DNA of 64,000 nucleotides from Lama glama (lineage: Eukaryota): NCBI GenBank assembly GCA_028534125.1, contig CM052849.1, forward strand, positions 8,618,001-8,682,000. The letters are read 5' to 3'. The notes under the pieces are model-generated. The model saw only the letters and a list, made by a program, of their open reading frames with translations. It was not told the DNA's origin and did no database searches. Shown here in pieces: positions 1 through 10,870 of the stretch (positions within the stretch are counted from its first letter, which is position 1; every line of letters starts with the position of its first letter). The position numbers and the translations under genes are program-made.

Positions 1-281
1 TCACCATTCTGGAAGCTGGAGCCCCAAGCCCTGGGAACTGGCGGTTTCAGTGTCCGGTGAGAGCCCGCTTCCTGGTTCACAGGCCATCCTCTGTGTCCTC
101 ACCAGGGAGGGGAAGGGACGAGGCAGCTCTCTGGGGCCTCCTTCATCAGGGCACTAATTCTGTGCAGAGGGCTAAACCCTCATGACCTCATCATCTCCCA
201 AACGCCCCACCTCCTGGCATCATCATATTGGGGGACAGTTTTCTCCATGTCAGTTTTGGGGGGGTGTAACTCAGTCTACAA
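1..281 (-). mobile_element. MaLR LTR, MLT1A/MLT1A0-like (cut by window edge)
   Basis: Collinear match to the recalled MLT1A reverse complement: gtgtccggtgagagcccgcttcctggttca, ctctctggggcctcc..agggcactaat, ccctcatgacct..tctcccaaa.gccccacctcct. Confidence 0.85.
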
Positions 282-507
282 GTCTCCAGGCATGGGGGCA
301 TTAAATGCCCTCCACACCCCCCATTTTTGTTTCTATATTTGTTTTCAATCCCTTCAGAGGCAGTTTAATAAAGGGGCTGCATTTGAATGTGCCACCCAAG
401 TCCTGCTGGGACCTTGAATGTTGGGAGAATTAAACAGACAATCCAGGCCCCTCACTAAGGGCTTCACCTACATCAGCTCCTTCTTTCCCTCCTAGGAGTT
501 AAGGTGA

Positions 508-1066
508 GCCTGGCAGACAGGCTCCAAGGAGGTGCCCAGCCATTCCCACCCCCTGGTGTGTATGCACTTGCCAACCTACCCCAGTCCCCACCCCCTTGGG
601 TGTATGTAGGACCTGGGGCTTGTTTCTAACCAACAGCACATGGCAAAGCGGGCAGGATGCCACACCTGTGACATGTTACATGGATGGTAACTCCCATGCT
701 GCTAAAAGACTCTCTCCCTTGCTGGCTCTGAGGAAGCCAGCAGCCGCACTGGGAAGGGCCTCGTGGCAGGGAGAGCCAAGGGCAGCCTCCCCCCAACAAC
801 CAGGGAGGGACCGAGGCCCTTGGTCCTACCACCTACAAGTGACTGGGTCCTGCCAGTGACACGGGAGCTTGGGAGCAGATCCTTCCCCAGCTGAGCCTTC
901 AGATGAGATCCCAGACTTGGCTGACGCTGTGATTGTGGCCTTGCCACAGACCTCGTCCCAGAGGACTCAGCCAAGCAGTGCACTGATTCCCCACAGAAAC
1001 AGAGAATAAACGTGTGCTATTTTGAGCTGCGTTTGTGCTAATCTGGTAAGCAGCCATAACTGCACA
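508..1066 (+). mobile_element. MaLR LTR, MLT1E-group
   Basis: Diagnostic segments gcttgtttctaaccaacagcacatggcaaag, cccttgctggctctgaggaagc, cagatccttccccagctgagccttcagatgaga, and aataaa near the 3' end. Confidence 0.8.
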
Positions 1067-1071
1067 AGATA

Positions 1072-1190
1072 ATTGGCTCCGTTTTACAGGTGGGAACAGT
1101 GAGGTTCAGAGACGTGAGCTAACTTGCCTAAAGGACACGGCGAGGAAACTGGCAGGCCGAGGACGGTCAGGCATTTGCACTAACTGCCCC
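1072..1190 (-). mobile_element. MIR SINE fragment
   Basis: MIR core ccgttttacaggtgggaacagtgaggttcagaga..taacttgcctaa. Confidence 0.75.
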
Positions 1191-1974
1191 TCCTCTGGGC
1201 ACACATGTTTCCACCAAGTAGATGTCCTCTTAAGTGTCCCTGTCCTTGGTGAATGACTTGCCTCTGAGCCCCTTCCTGCTCTACCCGGCACCACCCGGGG
1301 AGCAGCGGGAGGCCAGGGTTTGTAAAACAGTGTCCGCCTGTCAGCGCTGGCATTTGTCAAAGGAAGTGACTGCTCTTGGGCCCCCACGCCGGTCCCAAAG
1401 TGGACACCGCTTTTGAAATGTGCTAACGTACAAGCTTGTCAGGCTCAGCCTGGGGGAGCTGGAACTGGAGCGGTGAGCTGATGTCAGGGCACCGAGAAGG
1501 GGAGGCAGCCGCTGCAGAGAGCTGGGCTCCTCTTTTCCTTGTCCACCTCTTGTCCACAGCCTCTTTCTCTGAAGCACTCATGGGCTGGGTGGTGAGGGGC
1601 CGGGCGAGCAGAGACCACCTCTCCTCAGATCTTCCTGTTCTCAGAGCTGATGAACCAGCGAGGAATCCAGACTCAGACGCCCTCTTACCAGTGCCAAGGG
1701 CCCCTTTCTGTTACAGGGTAGAGGGAGACTACCTGGGGATACAGTCCATCAACTGAAGGACTTGGGAGCAGAACCTGGGGAAGACTATTCCCTTTGGAAA
1801 GGGGGGCATGGGAGCAGCTGGCTGCCTGGGTTAAGAGGACATTCTCAGGTCGTCCTGCCTCATGGGTCTGCTTCACATCACCATTGTCTGTCTGCTCTTA
1901 CTAAACAGGAAGAGGTAACTCCAGATAAAGAATGTACACAAGTCATCTCTAATCAGTAAGAGGGCAGGGACTTT

Positions 1975-2155
1975 GTTGCCCAGGAACTGGAGATACAGTG
2001 GTGAGCAAGACACTGAACCTGTTTGAAGGGCTTTAATCATCTACTAAAATACTTGAGTAATTACCAAGTACCAGGTGCCATGCTAGACCCAGGGATACAG
2101 TAGAAACAAGATCTAAATCAAATCCTAGTATTTGAGTTTACCTCTTGGTGAGGGA
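1975..2155 (-). mobile_element. L2 LINE 3' end fragments
   Basis: L2-like segments ggagatacagtggtgagcaagaca and tacttgagta..gtaccaggtgccatgctaga..ggatacag. Confidence 0.6.
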
Positions 2156-2156
2156 A

Positions 2157-2640
2157 TCAGATGACTGCTGAGTAACAAACATCCCCAGACTTGGTAGCTT
2201 CAAACAACACTGATGTCACATTATACTGGGGAGCTGGTATATCTGGACTGGGCTCAGCTGGGTCACTCTTCTGCCCTATGTGATGGTCGCTGGAGTCATC
2301 TGTGTGTTTGCATTCCCTCGGTGGTTCCGATGGAACGCCAAGATGCCCTCTCATCCTCCAGGTCTCCCTGCATGCCGCCCCTCATCCCTGAGTGGTCCAG
2401 CTTGGACTTCCTGACAGCAGGGCGGCAGGGCTTCAAGAAGGGGAGGCCACAGCTCAAGTCCTCTTCAAATCCCAGAAGTCCCAGGACATCACTTTCCACC
2501 ACCCTCTGTTGATTGAAGCAAGTCCCAAGGCCAGGCCCTACTCAAGAAGAGGAGACAAGAACTCCCCCTCTTCCCAGAGGAGCGGCAGGTGCGCACAGAG
2601 AGGGGAGGAGTTGTTGGCGGCCAATTCTGGAAACTCTCTT
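2157..2640 (-). mobile_element. MaLR LTR, MLT1H-group
   Basis: Segments ctgctgagtaacaaacatccccagacttggtagcttcaaacaac, ctgggctcagctggg, catcactttccaccacc.tctgttgattgaagcaagtc, ggggaggagttgttggcggcca. Confidence 0.75.
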
Positions 2641-3314
2641 TATGGACACATAGTTTCAGATAGCGATACCCTCAGCAATGAATATTACACGAGGTCAAAA
2701 GAGAAAATAGCCTGGAGTGGAGGATAAGTGAGTGAGAAATGTTCACAGCCGAGGCAGGACGATGTTTTACACTTTGCCAGGAATGGATACTTTATGATGG
2801 TACGTATTTAAGTTCATACACTTGCCTAACCTCACGTATTAAATGATGGAAGCGTTATGACCGTCTCACACCTGAGGAAATTGAGACTGAGGGAGGTGAA
2901 ATGACTTTGGGCGACCCGGCTCGTGGGTGGTGGGGCGAGGGTTTGGAACCAGGGCATGCCTTCAGAGCGCTTTTTGCAAGAATATCCCAGAGGTAGCTCT
3001 GTGACCCAATGGTTGAAGTCTTCCTTTTCCCACGAATTGACCCAACTAGCCAGAGGGGCGGACTGTTGCCATCACCTTCACGTGATCCTTTTGTCACCAC
3101 TTTACAGGCATACGTTTGATTCTGAGCAGATGACAGAGAACTGGAGGCATGTAGGTTCAAAACATCCTTGGGGGGCTAGAGAGATGAGGCCCCCAAGAGA
3201 TGGATGAATTAAACCTCACACCCCCACTAGGGGTAAATGATCCCAGGTTGGCTTTATCTGCAAGGGGAAGCTGATGGTGTTATATCTTTAAAATAGCTGC
3301 TACACTTTGAACAT

Positions 3315-3730
3315 TTGTCGTCAAGAGATCAGGAGACCCCTGGGTCACAAAGGACTTTTTACTCACGGCACAGCAAGCAGCAAGGTCACGGCGGTCCTCA
3401 TCCTCCCTCAAGGAGGGATCCGGGTGAACCCTGCACGCTCAGGGAGTTTGCATCCCAGCTGAGAAGCCCTGAGCTTAGGGAACCTGACTCTTTTATGATG
3501 GGCTGCAAGCAAGCCTACCTGAACCGGCCTCCAATGAAACCTGATCTCCATGACACCGGACACGGCCAACGAAACAGCACCGAGCTGGGGAGCAGAGAGC
3601 AGGCGCTACCTCCCGAGGCAGTCTGCTTCATAAGCATCCTCGGAAAGGTAGCCCCGAATGGAAGGGCGGTCAGTCCCTCATCGCAAGACAGGCGGAACCA
3701 TGAGACACGCGTGGAGAACTGTCACCCAGC
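3315..3730 (-). mobile_element. ERVL LTR, MER74/LTR53-like
   Basis: Segments ttactcacggcacagcaagcagc and cagctgagaagccctgagcttagggaacc..tcttttatgatgggctgcaagcaagcc resemble the recalled MER74 reverse complement. Confidence 0.55.
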
Positions 3731-5104
3731 CCCTTGTTGGGAACCAGGCCCGGTGGTCCCAGCTAACTGAACCCTCACAGCAGTCCCGTGAGGCAGACGC
3801 TGTCATTCCACTTTCCAGCTGAGGATGCTGACCCTGGACAGGTCCCTTAGCTCTGTCCTCTACACTTGTCCTCCAAGTCGGTCCCCCTGCCCCACCCTGG
3901 CTCTCGGAGTCCACGTGTCACCACTGCGCCACATGGCAGACGACACGAAAGCTGTCAACGGTCCACCTGCTAAGTGGCTCATCTCAGTCACACACTAGGG
4001 AGTGACAGACTCCCAAGTCACCTGCTAATGGGGGAGCATGGAAGTACCTGTTACATAGCGCTGCTTTAAGGACTGGATGAGATAAGCCAGGTACAGTGCT
4101 TTGAGGTTCCAGCCACATACTTATGGGAAGTTTGTCACCAAGAGTTCGGCTTCCTCCTCTCCCGGTGTGACCCCGTCCTCTCTCCTCCCCTCCTGAGCAC
4201 AGCAGGTCCACAGGGCGGACCCTCCATCCTGCACCAGGGGCAAGGCTGCCGCGAGACGTAGCCCAGCCCCGCTGCCCCGTTCAGCACCCTAGTGCTGGGA
4301 AGCGGTGGGCGTTGTCTTATGGAGATTCCTGTGAAAGCAACAGCCACTTCGAGGTCCACGGAAGCCCGTAGCATCCTCTGTGTTGCTGTTCAGAGGTCAG
4401 AAGCCCACCTCTGGACCCAGGACTCTTGTCTGCTGCGGGGCGATGGAAAAGTGCCGACTTCCCACTAGAAAGTGAGTTCTTCCAGGTCGAGCGAGAACTG
4501 TCATTCCTCCAGTCGGTGCCTGGCCTAGGTGCTCCAAACGTGCTGCCTGAGGCCCTGCTTCGTGGAAGATGCCTCCATCCCCTCTGAGCTGCTGTACCTG
4601 CTGGGACAGCCTGGGACCTCCCTTCCTCCCTGGCCCTCTGCCCCAGACCTGGGTTTCATCCCCTCCCGAGGCTCCCCTCGTCCGCCTGGCTGGCCCCGCA
4701 GTCTGTCACCGACAGGATGGCCAACCTCAGAGCCGGGTGACCTCTCAAAGACACCAGGTTTTGTTTAATTCTCAGAATTCACCTCTCTCCACCCTTATCA
4801 GAGGCAGCTAGTCCCCAGCTGGGGAGGCTGTTTGGCACCTTTCCCTGAATTTTGAAACAGATGGGCTGGGAGCTCCTGTGTCTTTTTTTTTTTTTTCTGA
4901 ACAGAAAGGAACAGGGAGAAAGGAAAGACCGTGACAGGACAGGATGGGGTGGAGGAAAGTTCCCGAGAGAAAAAGCCAGACGCATGTGTCATTATGATGC
5001 CCGCCCCATCATGAAAACCTTCATCACCGCTTTTTCAGAAGGTCTTCCATGCATGTCCCTGTTTTCAGAGCTGTCATCACGTGCCAAATTCTCACCTAAC
5101 GCAC

Positions 5105-5250
5105 CGTCTCTGCTAACCCTTACAGCAGCACCTTGAGGTTTTATTATCTCCATTTTACAGATGAGAAAACTGAGGCAGAGTCACTGCCCGAAGCCACACA
5201 CAGCGTGGAGGATCCAGGGTCCGAACACAGGGCCACCGTCTCCGTGGGTG
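5105..5250 (-). mobile_element. MIR SINE
   Basis: Near-consensus core attatctccattttacagatgagaaaactgaggcagag. Confidence 0.85.
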
Positions 5251-5379
5251 CCTGAGGCAACAGCAGGTCCAAGTAGACCTCAGCTCATCCTCGCAGTAGC
5301 CTCCCTCCCCATTTTATACGGTTCTGAGGACATCGCTTCCATTTTCAAGTCGCGCAGCCAGCAATGGTTGAGCACAGGA

Positions 5380-5640
5380 GAAATAATAATACTAAACAGT
5401 GTCTGGCATGGGGTGGGCGGTGTTCAAAAGCCTCCACCACCTATGAATTTAGTTAATGCCAACGGCCACACGATATACTAGGTCACCATATTATTATTAT
5501 TGCTATTTTATGGGTGGGAAAAATAAGGCTGAGGGATATAAAGCAGGTCCAAGACCGAACTGCTGGTGAGCGGTACAAACAGGTTCAATTCACAGCCGTC
5601 TGACCCTGTAGCTATGTTGTTCTTGACCGTCACACTATCC
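5380..5640 (-). mobile_element. MIR SINE
   Basis: Degenerate MIR: atttagttaatgcc, attattattgctattttatgggtgggaaaaataaggctgaggg, ccaagaccgaactgctggtgagcgg. Confidence 0.6.
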
Positions 5641-6531
5641 TTCTGATGCAGGCTGTGGTCAGGGGGACCCCGACATCAAGGTCTTTCTCTAGCCGGATCG
5701 CCTGGTGCTTAGAGGGGGACAGTCACAGCAGACCCTATGCGATCACATGCCAACCTTCCTTCCTTCCTTCCCGCCCTGATCAGTCCAGACGCCCCACACC
5801 CTAGAAGCCGCAGGGACGTTCTGAGTCTGGTGCAAACTGGTTTGAGTGGAAAACATCCCTTAAAGGGGGAATGACTGTAGCAGGCTATACCCTGAGTCAG
5901 GAGGGGCGGAGGAGAGATTTCCTAGAAGGGGAGCTGCAGGAAGGAAGCTGTTTGTGAACTATGGGCACATGCCTGTAATGGCAAATCTCCCTCCATCAAA
6001 AAAGTTAACCAAGAGAAGCCAAGCCTGAGTGTTTGACCCCTAGGCTCGCTCCAGGGCATGTGCTGAGAATGGTGTAGGGTCCTGCTCACCTGGATCCTAT
6101 AGGAGAAAGCTCTTCCCGTGGTCTGAAGATGTCCAGGCATCTGAACCTAGAGGGTCACGTGTGAGCTCAAACCCACAAAGGAGTAAGATGTCCAGATTGA
6201 CGCCACGTGTCCTTTGAGCCGTTTCCTTCAGTTCTCTGCCTCCTAACTTGACTTTGTGATGGTTTCACTATTTCTCCTGGTTTCCCACCATGATTACATC
6301 ATTTCCCATCTTAGCTTGTGCCTTCCGTCAGTTTCTAAGCTGTATCTTCTTTCGTTGGAGATTTTTGGGTTTAGGGGGTCTCACTGCAGAAAATCACAAG
6401 CAGGAAAAAGGGATACTGTGCCTAGTGAGTATCTCCTGTGTGCCAGAATACAACCCTGAGGGTGGCAGACGCTTTCTGCATTTTGCCTCTCCTGCGCACC
6501 CCGGGAGGGTTTGCAAATAAACGTCCATTAC

Positions 6532-6555
6532 GACCGTGACCGTGACCGTGACCGT
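6532..6555. repeat. (GACCGT)4 hexanucleotide repeat
   Basis: Four perfect units read directly. Confidence 0.95.
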
Positions 6556-7469
6556 GAGGAGTTCTAGCAAGGGGAGTGCGGGCTGCTTTGAGAACCTACA
6601 GCCAGGGGTCTTAACCCACTCAAGGGAGTTGTTTTACACTAATTCTGTTATTCTAACCTCTCCTACTTTTATCCATCTCTTTAATTGGGTTTGTTTTATC
6701 CTTTGTTTGGAATGTTATCCATTTAGAATTTTCTTCTTTGATAGACTGGCGGGCAGGCAGGAAGTGGATATACGGTGACTGCTGGAAGAATAGTTCACAC
6801 TCTCATCAAAATGGTCCTTTAGCTGCCCCTCCCAGCAATGCTCAGTAACTCTCCCAAACACACACACACACATAAACTCTCCCTCCCTTCAAAATTCTGT
6901 GGAATCTGAGTTACAGAGAAGATAAATTTCTCAACATTTGTACCTTAACTGCTGGATGCTTTCTCGAGCGCATTTTATTTCATTTTTTAAGACATGGTGG
7001 TATATTATATATCCCAAAAGTGCCTGACGTTTTCAGATGTACTCGGTGCCATGGTTGGAACTTATCTTCACTGTGGCAGTAGCAGCAAGGTGCTATGTCT
7101 GTTTTCAGACGGAGGAAACGGAGACTCAGCAAGGTTGAGAAACCTGCCCAAGGTCATGCGGCTCTCATTCGAGAAGGTGTGGTCTAATTCTCATAGGTGA
7201 GCACCCACAGTCCCGGAGTGACCACCCGACATCCCCAAGCAATGGGGCAAGCCTTGTGACGATCTGGATTTCCCGAAGCCACAAAACCACACCACCTCGA
7301 CCTTTTAGAATTGAGTCCAACTCCTACCATGAAAATCGTTGCCTGCCTGGGGGAGATACCACTGTGCTCCACGCTCCAGGGGATACAGAGGATGCTCATA
7401 ATACAGTTGAGGGACTGTGATTTCTCAAAGGCAACAACTATTACTGAGGGCAGGGTGGAAATGAGATCT

Positions 7470-7700
7470 GGATGTGCCCCTTCCCAACAGTGTGCCTTGG
7501 GGGTAAGCCTCAGTTTGCTTATCCATGAAATGGGGATCCTACCACCTCCTTGTCATTTCGGGCAAATTGTTTAACCTCACAAGGTGGTTACCCCCATCTC
7601 CCCTGTACAGATGAGGAAACACCTTTAGAGAGGTTGTCACGGAGACTGAAGTTAGGATATGTAATCTGTTTAGCACAATGCCTGGCGCAGACCTAACATA
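7470..7700. mobile_element. MIR fragments (nested, both orientations)
   Basis: gcctcagtttgcttatccatgaaatgggga (+) and ctgtacagatgaggaaac (-), followed by ttagcacaatgcctggc. Confidence 0.65.
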
Positions 7701-7713
7701 TGAGTTTCTGCAC

Positions 7714-7881
7714 TCGTGGTTCCCAAATTTTGCTGTATATTGGAATCACCTGGGAGCTTTAACAAAAACTCCCAATGGCTAGGTCACATCTCGTACAAAC
7801 CAAACCCATGTCTGGGGGTGGGAGCCAGGTATCAGTGCTTTGCAAAGGATCCCAGTGTGCAGCAAAGCCTAGGGACCACTG
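7714..7881. mobile_element. hAT-Charlie MITE, MER5A/MER5A1-like
   Basis: Termini gtggttcccaaa...ggaccactg; internal ttggaatcacctgggagcttt and ctgggggtgggagccaggtatcagt. Confidence 0.85.
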
Positions 7882-8229
7882 ATAACTCATTGTAAATTCC
7901 TGAAGGTTTCCGGTGCCTAGTTTCCCGCACTCAGGGGAGTGCAGCCTCCTGCTTGGTTAGACTCCGGTCCTCTCCATTCACTCTGGCCTCAGATCTTTCC
8001 CACTTGGTTGTGCAAGATGGATTCAGCTGCTCTGGTGGTCTTCTTGGCCACTTGGCAAATCAAACAGAGCACATGCCGTCAGCCGTCCCCCAGCGTCGTC
8101 AACGCCAATGCCAATGCCAGTTGCTGGGTTGCTTTGACCTCTCCAATGGCTACACTGAGTCAGGTCTGATCGAGTCCCCTCCATGATCCCTCATCATTGT
8201 CCGTCAAGGAGAGTGAGAGCCACAGTCAG

Positions 8230-8610
8230 CCTCGTTCAAGCCACCATCATCACCTTTACCTTCCATCTGGACAACCCTGATAACCTATTTGCCTTCCTGG
8301 CCTCCACTTGAGTCCCCATCCCCGGGCATCAGCCATTTGAGTCTGTTAAATATCCATCTCATCACTCCCCTTGCTGTGTGCCCTCAAGGGTTTCCCATTG
8401 TCATCTAAATGAGGACCAAACCCCCGATCCTGTCCTATAAGTCTCAACCCCCTCCTCCTGTAATCTCATCCCTCTTCCTCACCCTTAAAAGCCAGGGCCA
8501 TCAGAGCCTCAAAATTCAATTCCTTGACTGCTTCAGCCTCAGGACCTTTGCACATGCACCTCCAGACCACTTTTATCCCCAGCTAGTTTGTGTCTCTGTT
8601 AGCTATTTCT
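8230..8610 (+). mobile_element. L2 LINE fragment
   Basis: Segments caagccaccatcatc, tcactccccttgct..ggtttcccattg, cagcctcaggacctttgcacatgc. Confidence 0.7.
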
Positions 8611-8664
8611 AGGTCTCCTTCCTTTTCCTGCTGTCTCTCCTGCTAAGAGGGGATAGAAAGGTGC

Positions 8665-8860
8665 TTGGCACCCAATACTGAAAGCATTTAACAGCAAGTA
8701 TTAACTCATTTAACCCTATGATGGGGACCCTATTACTTATCTGGCATGTGAGGAAACTGGAGCACTGACTGGCTGAGTAGTTTTCTTGAAGTCACACAGC
8801 AAGTCGGTTGCAGAGCTAGAACTTGAACCTGGGCAGTCTGGCCCAGAGCCCAAGATCTGC
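8665..8860 (-). mobile_element. MIR SINE
   Basis: attaactcatttaaccctatga..gtgaggaaactgg..gtcacacagc..cagagctagaacttgaacctgggcagtctgg. Confidence 0.8.
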
Positions 8861-10444
8861 CCTGATTGAGACTTGCCCCCACGATTCTAGGGCTTTGCAC
8901 TCAGTAAGCACTTAATGGTTTTTGAGCGGATAACCCTTATGTGAGGGAGGGAAGGCAAAAAGCATTCTCTTCCCATCTCCTAGGTTGGCTCAAATCCAAG
9001 AGACCAGGGGAAGCGAAGGCCGCCCCGGCTCTGGGTACCCGGATGTGCCAGTGGAACATGGGTCCACACATGTGCCCACGTGTGTCTAGACAGCCTCCCC
9101 CTGACTGGAGCCAGGTCTTTCCCGTTTCGAAAGGAACGGTCCAACTCTCCCCCTGCCCCCTTCCCAGCCGCCTGCTCGGGGTCTCGGAACAGAACAACCC
9201 CATCAATTCATCAGGGGACGTCAGCCTTGTGGAGCGGTGTGGGGCATAAATCAAGCCACGAGGAGGAAAGGTTTCCCTTTTTCTTTTTTTTTTTTTTAAA
9301 AGAGGTAGTGGGGAGAGAAAAATCAAGGAAGGGGGTGGGGAGAAAGCGACGGAAGAAGGTGGGGGGGTGTGAGATCAAAGGAAAAAATTCATCAGAGATA
9401 ACGAAATTATTTATTTTTCCTGCGCTCAGTCTCTGGGCCTTTGAGGCCTCCACACTGATGTATTTGGACATCTTGGGGCCGTCTGTTACCGGAGGCCACC
9501 CCAGCCCCTTCTGCTTGGGCCCAGCCCCCCAAAGGCACGTCGGTTCCATCAGCAGCGGCTGCCCACAGAGCCTTTTGAAGTGAGTCCTGGTGGTGTTTAC
9601 TGGCCTTCGTGTAAGAAACGTGTGCACAGGGCTGGCTGGCAGCAGCTGCCCCGGGTGGGGGCGGGGGTGGGGGAAGGGGGTCCCCTCATCACTCATGAGC
9701 CTGTTTATTTGGGAACCAGAGCAGCCCTTTCTCCAGTTATTACTCAACATCCTCTACAGACCAAGCTGCCCTCATTCCAGAAGGTGGGGCAGGAGTAACA
9801 GACCGCACGTTGCCAGATGCGCCCATCTTGCCTGGGCCCTGTGGTGCCCTGGGCTTTCGGAGATGACTTGGGACCAGCCGAGCATCCTTTTGGCCCTTCA
9901 TCTTCAAGAGGGCTAATTACAAGCACGGACCCAGGAGCCAGAACCCTGGGCTTCCCGTCCTAGTTCTCTTACTGCGGAACACTCGTGGACAAGTGAGCTC
10001 ACCTGGTCCTCAGAGCAACGCCCCTGCCCCAGATCACAGATGGAGAAGCTGCAGGTCGGACAAGGTAGCATCCGCAGAGGACTTAGAAAGGCCTAGCAAA
10101 TCCGCCCTGAAGTATCACCCCTCTCCACCCCCTATTTTTTAGTTAACGGGCAGACACTATTAAGACACCATTTCATAGTCTGTTTTAACAGGACAAGAGA
10201 CTGAGAAGTTGTGGTCTGAATGGACAGGGTCAAGGCTGATGGACCGCGTGGCTGCAGGTTACCACGGCGAGGACTACAGTCAGACGGGCGAGGCTCAGCA
10301 GACCGGGGCTGCCGGGCTCTGGTGGTGTGGCCGCTGAAGCCCAGGCACCCCCCACCACCCCCCGCCTACTATTTCCTCGTTGGTTAAGAGCGAGACAGTA
10401 GGTCCTTCCGGCATGAGGTTTTTGTGACGACTCAGTGGGTTTTT

Positions 10445-10870
10445 ACTGAGTCAACAACACATTTATAAAACACGATGTGCCAGGCACCGTTCTCAGTGTT
10501 TGATAAAATAGTTGCTTATTTAATGCTCAGGACAAGCCTCTGAGAGCTNNNNNNNNNNNNNNNNNNNNNNNNNNNNNNNNNNNNNNNNNNNNNNNNNNNN
10601 NNNNNNNNNNNNNNNNNNNNNNNNNNNNNNNNNNNNNNNNNNNNNNNNNNNNNNNNNNNNNNNNNNNNNNNNNNNNNNNNNNNNNNNNNNNNNNNNNNNN
10701 NNNNNNNNNNNNNNNNNNNNNNNNNNNNNNNNNNNNNNNNNNNNNNNNNNNNNNNNNNNNNNNNNNNNNNNNNNNNNNNNNNNNNNAGATGGGCACTAGT
10801 ATCCTCATTTTACAAACAAGGAAACTGAGGCTCAGAGATGGGAAGAAGTTTACACAGAACAACAGGGCTC
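10445..10870 (-). mobile_element. MIR SINE spanning the assembly gap
   Basis: Left of the gap: gtgccaggcaccgttct..tatttaatgctcaggacaagcctctgag. Right of the gap: tatcctcattttacaaacaaggaaactgaggctcagaga. Confidence 0.8.
10549..10786. other. Assembly gap (238 N)
   Basis: Run of N in the sequence. Confidence 1.

Noticed and set aside
9080-9750. Overlapping ORFs of 167 and 179 aa
   Set aside because: They read through a poly-T/A tract (FFFFFF/KKKKKKK); chance frames.
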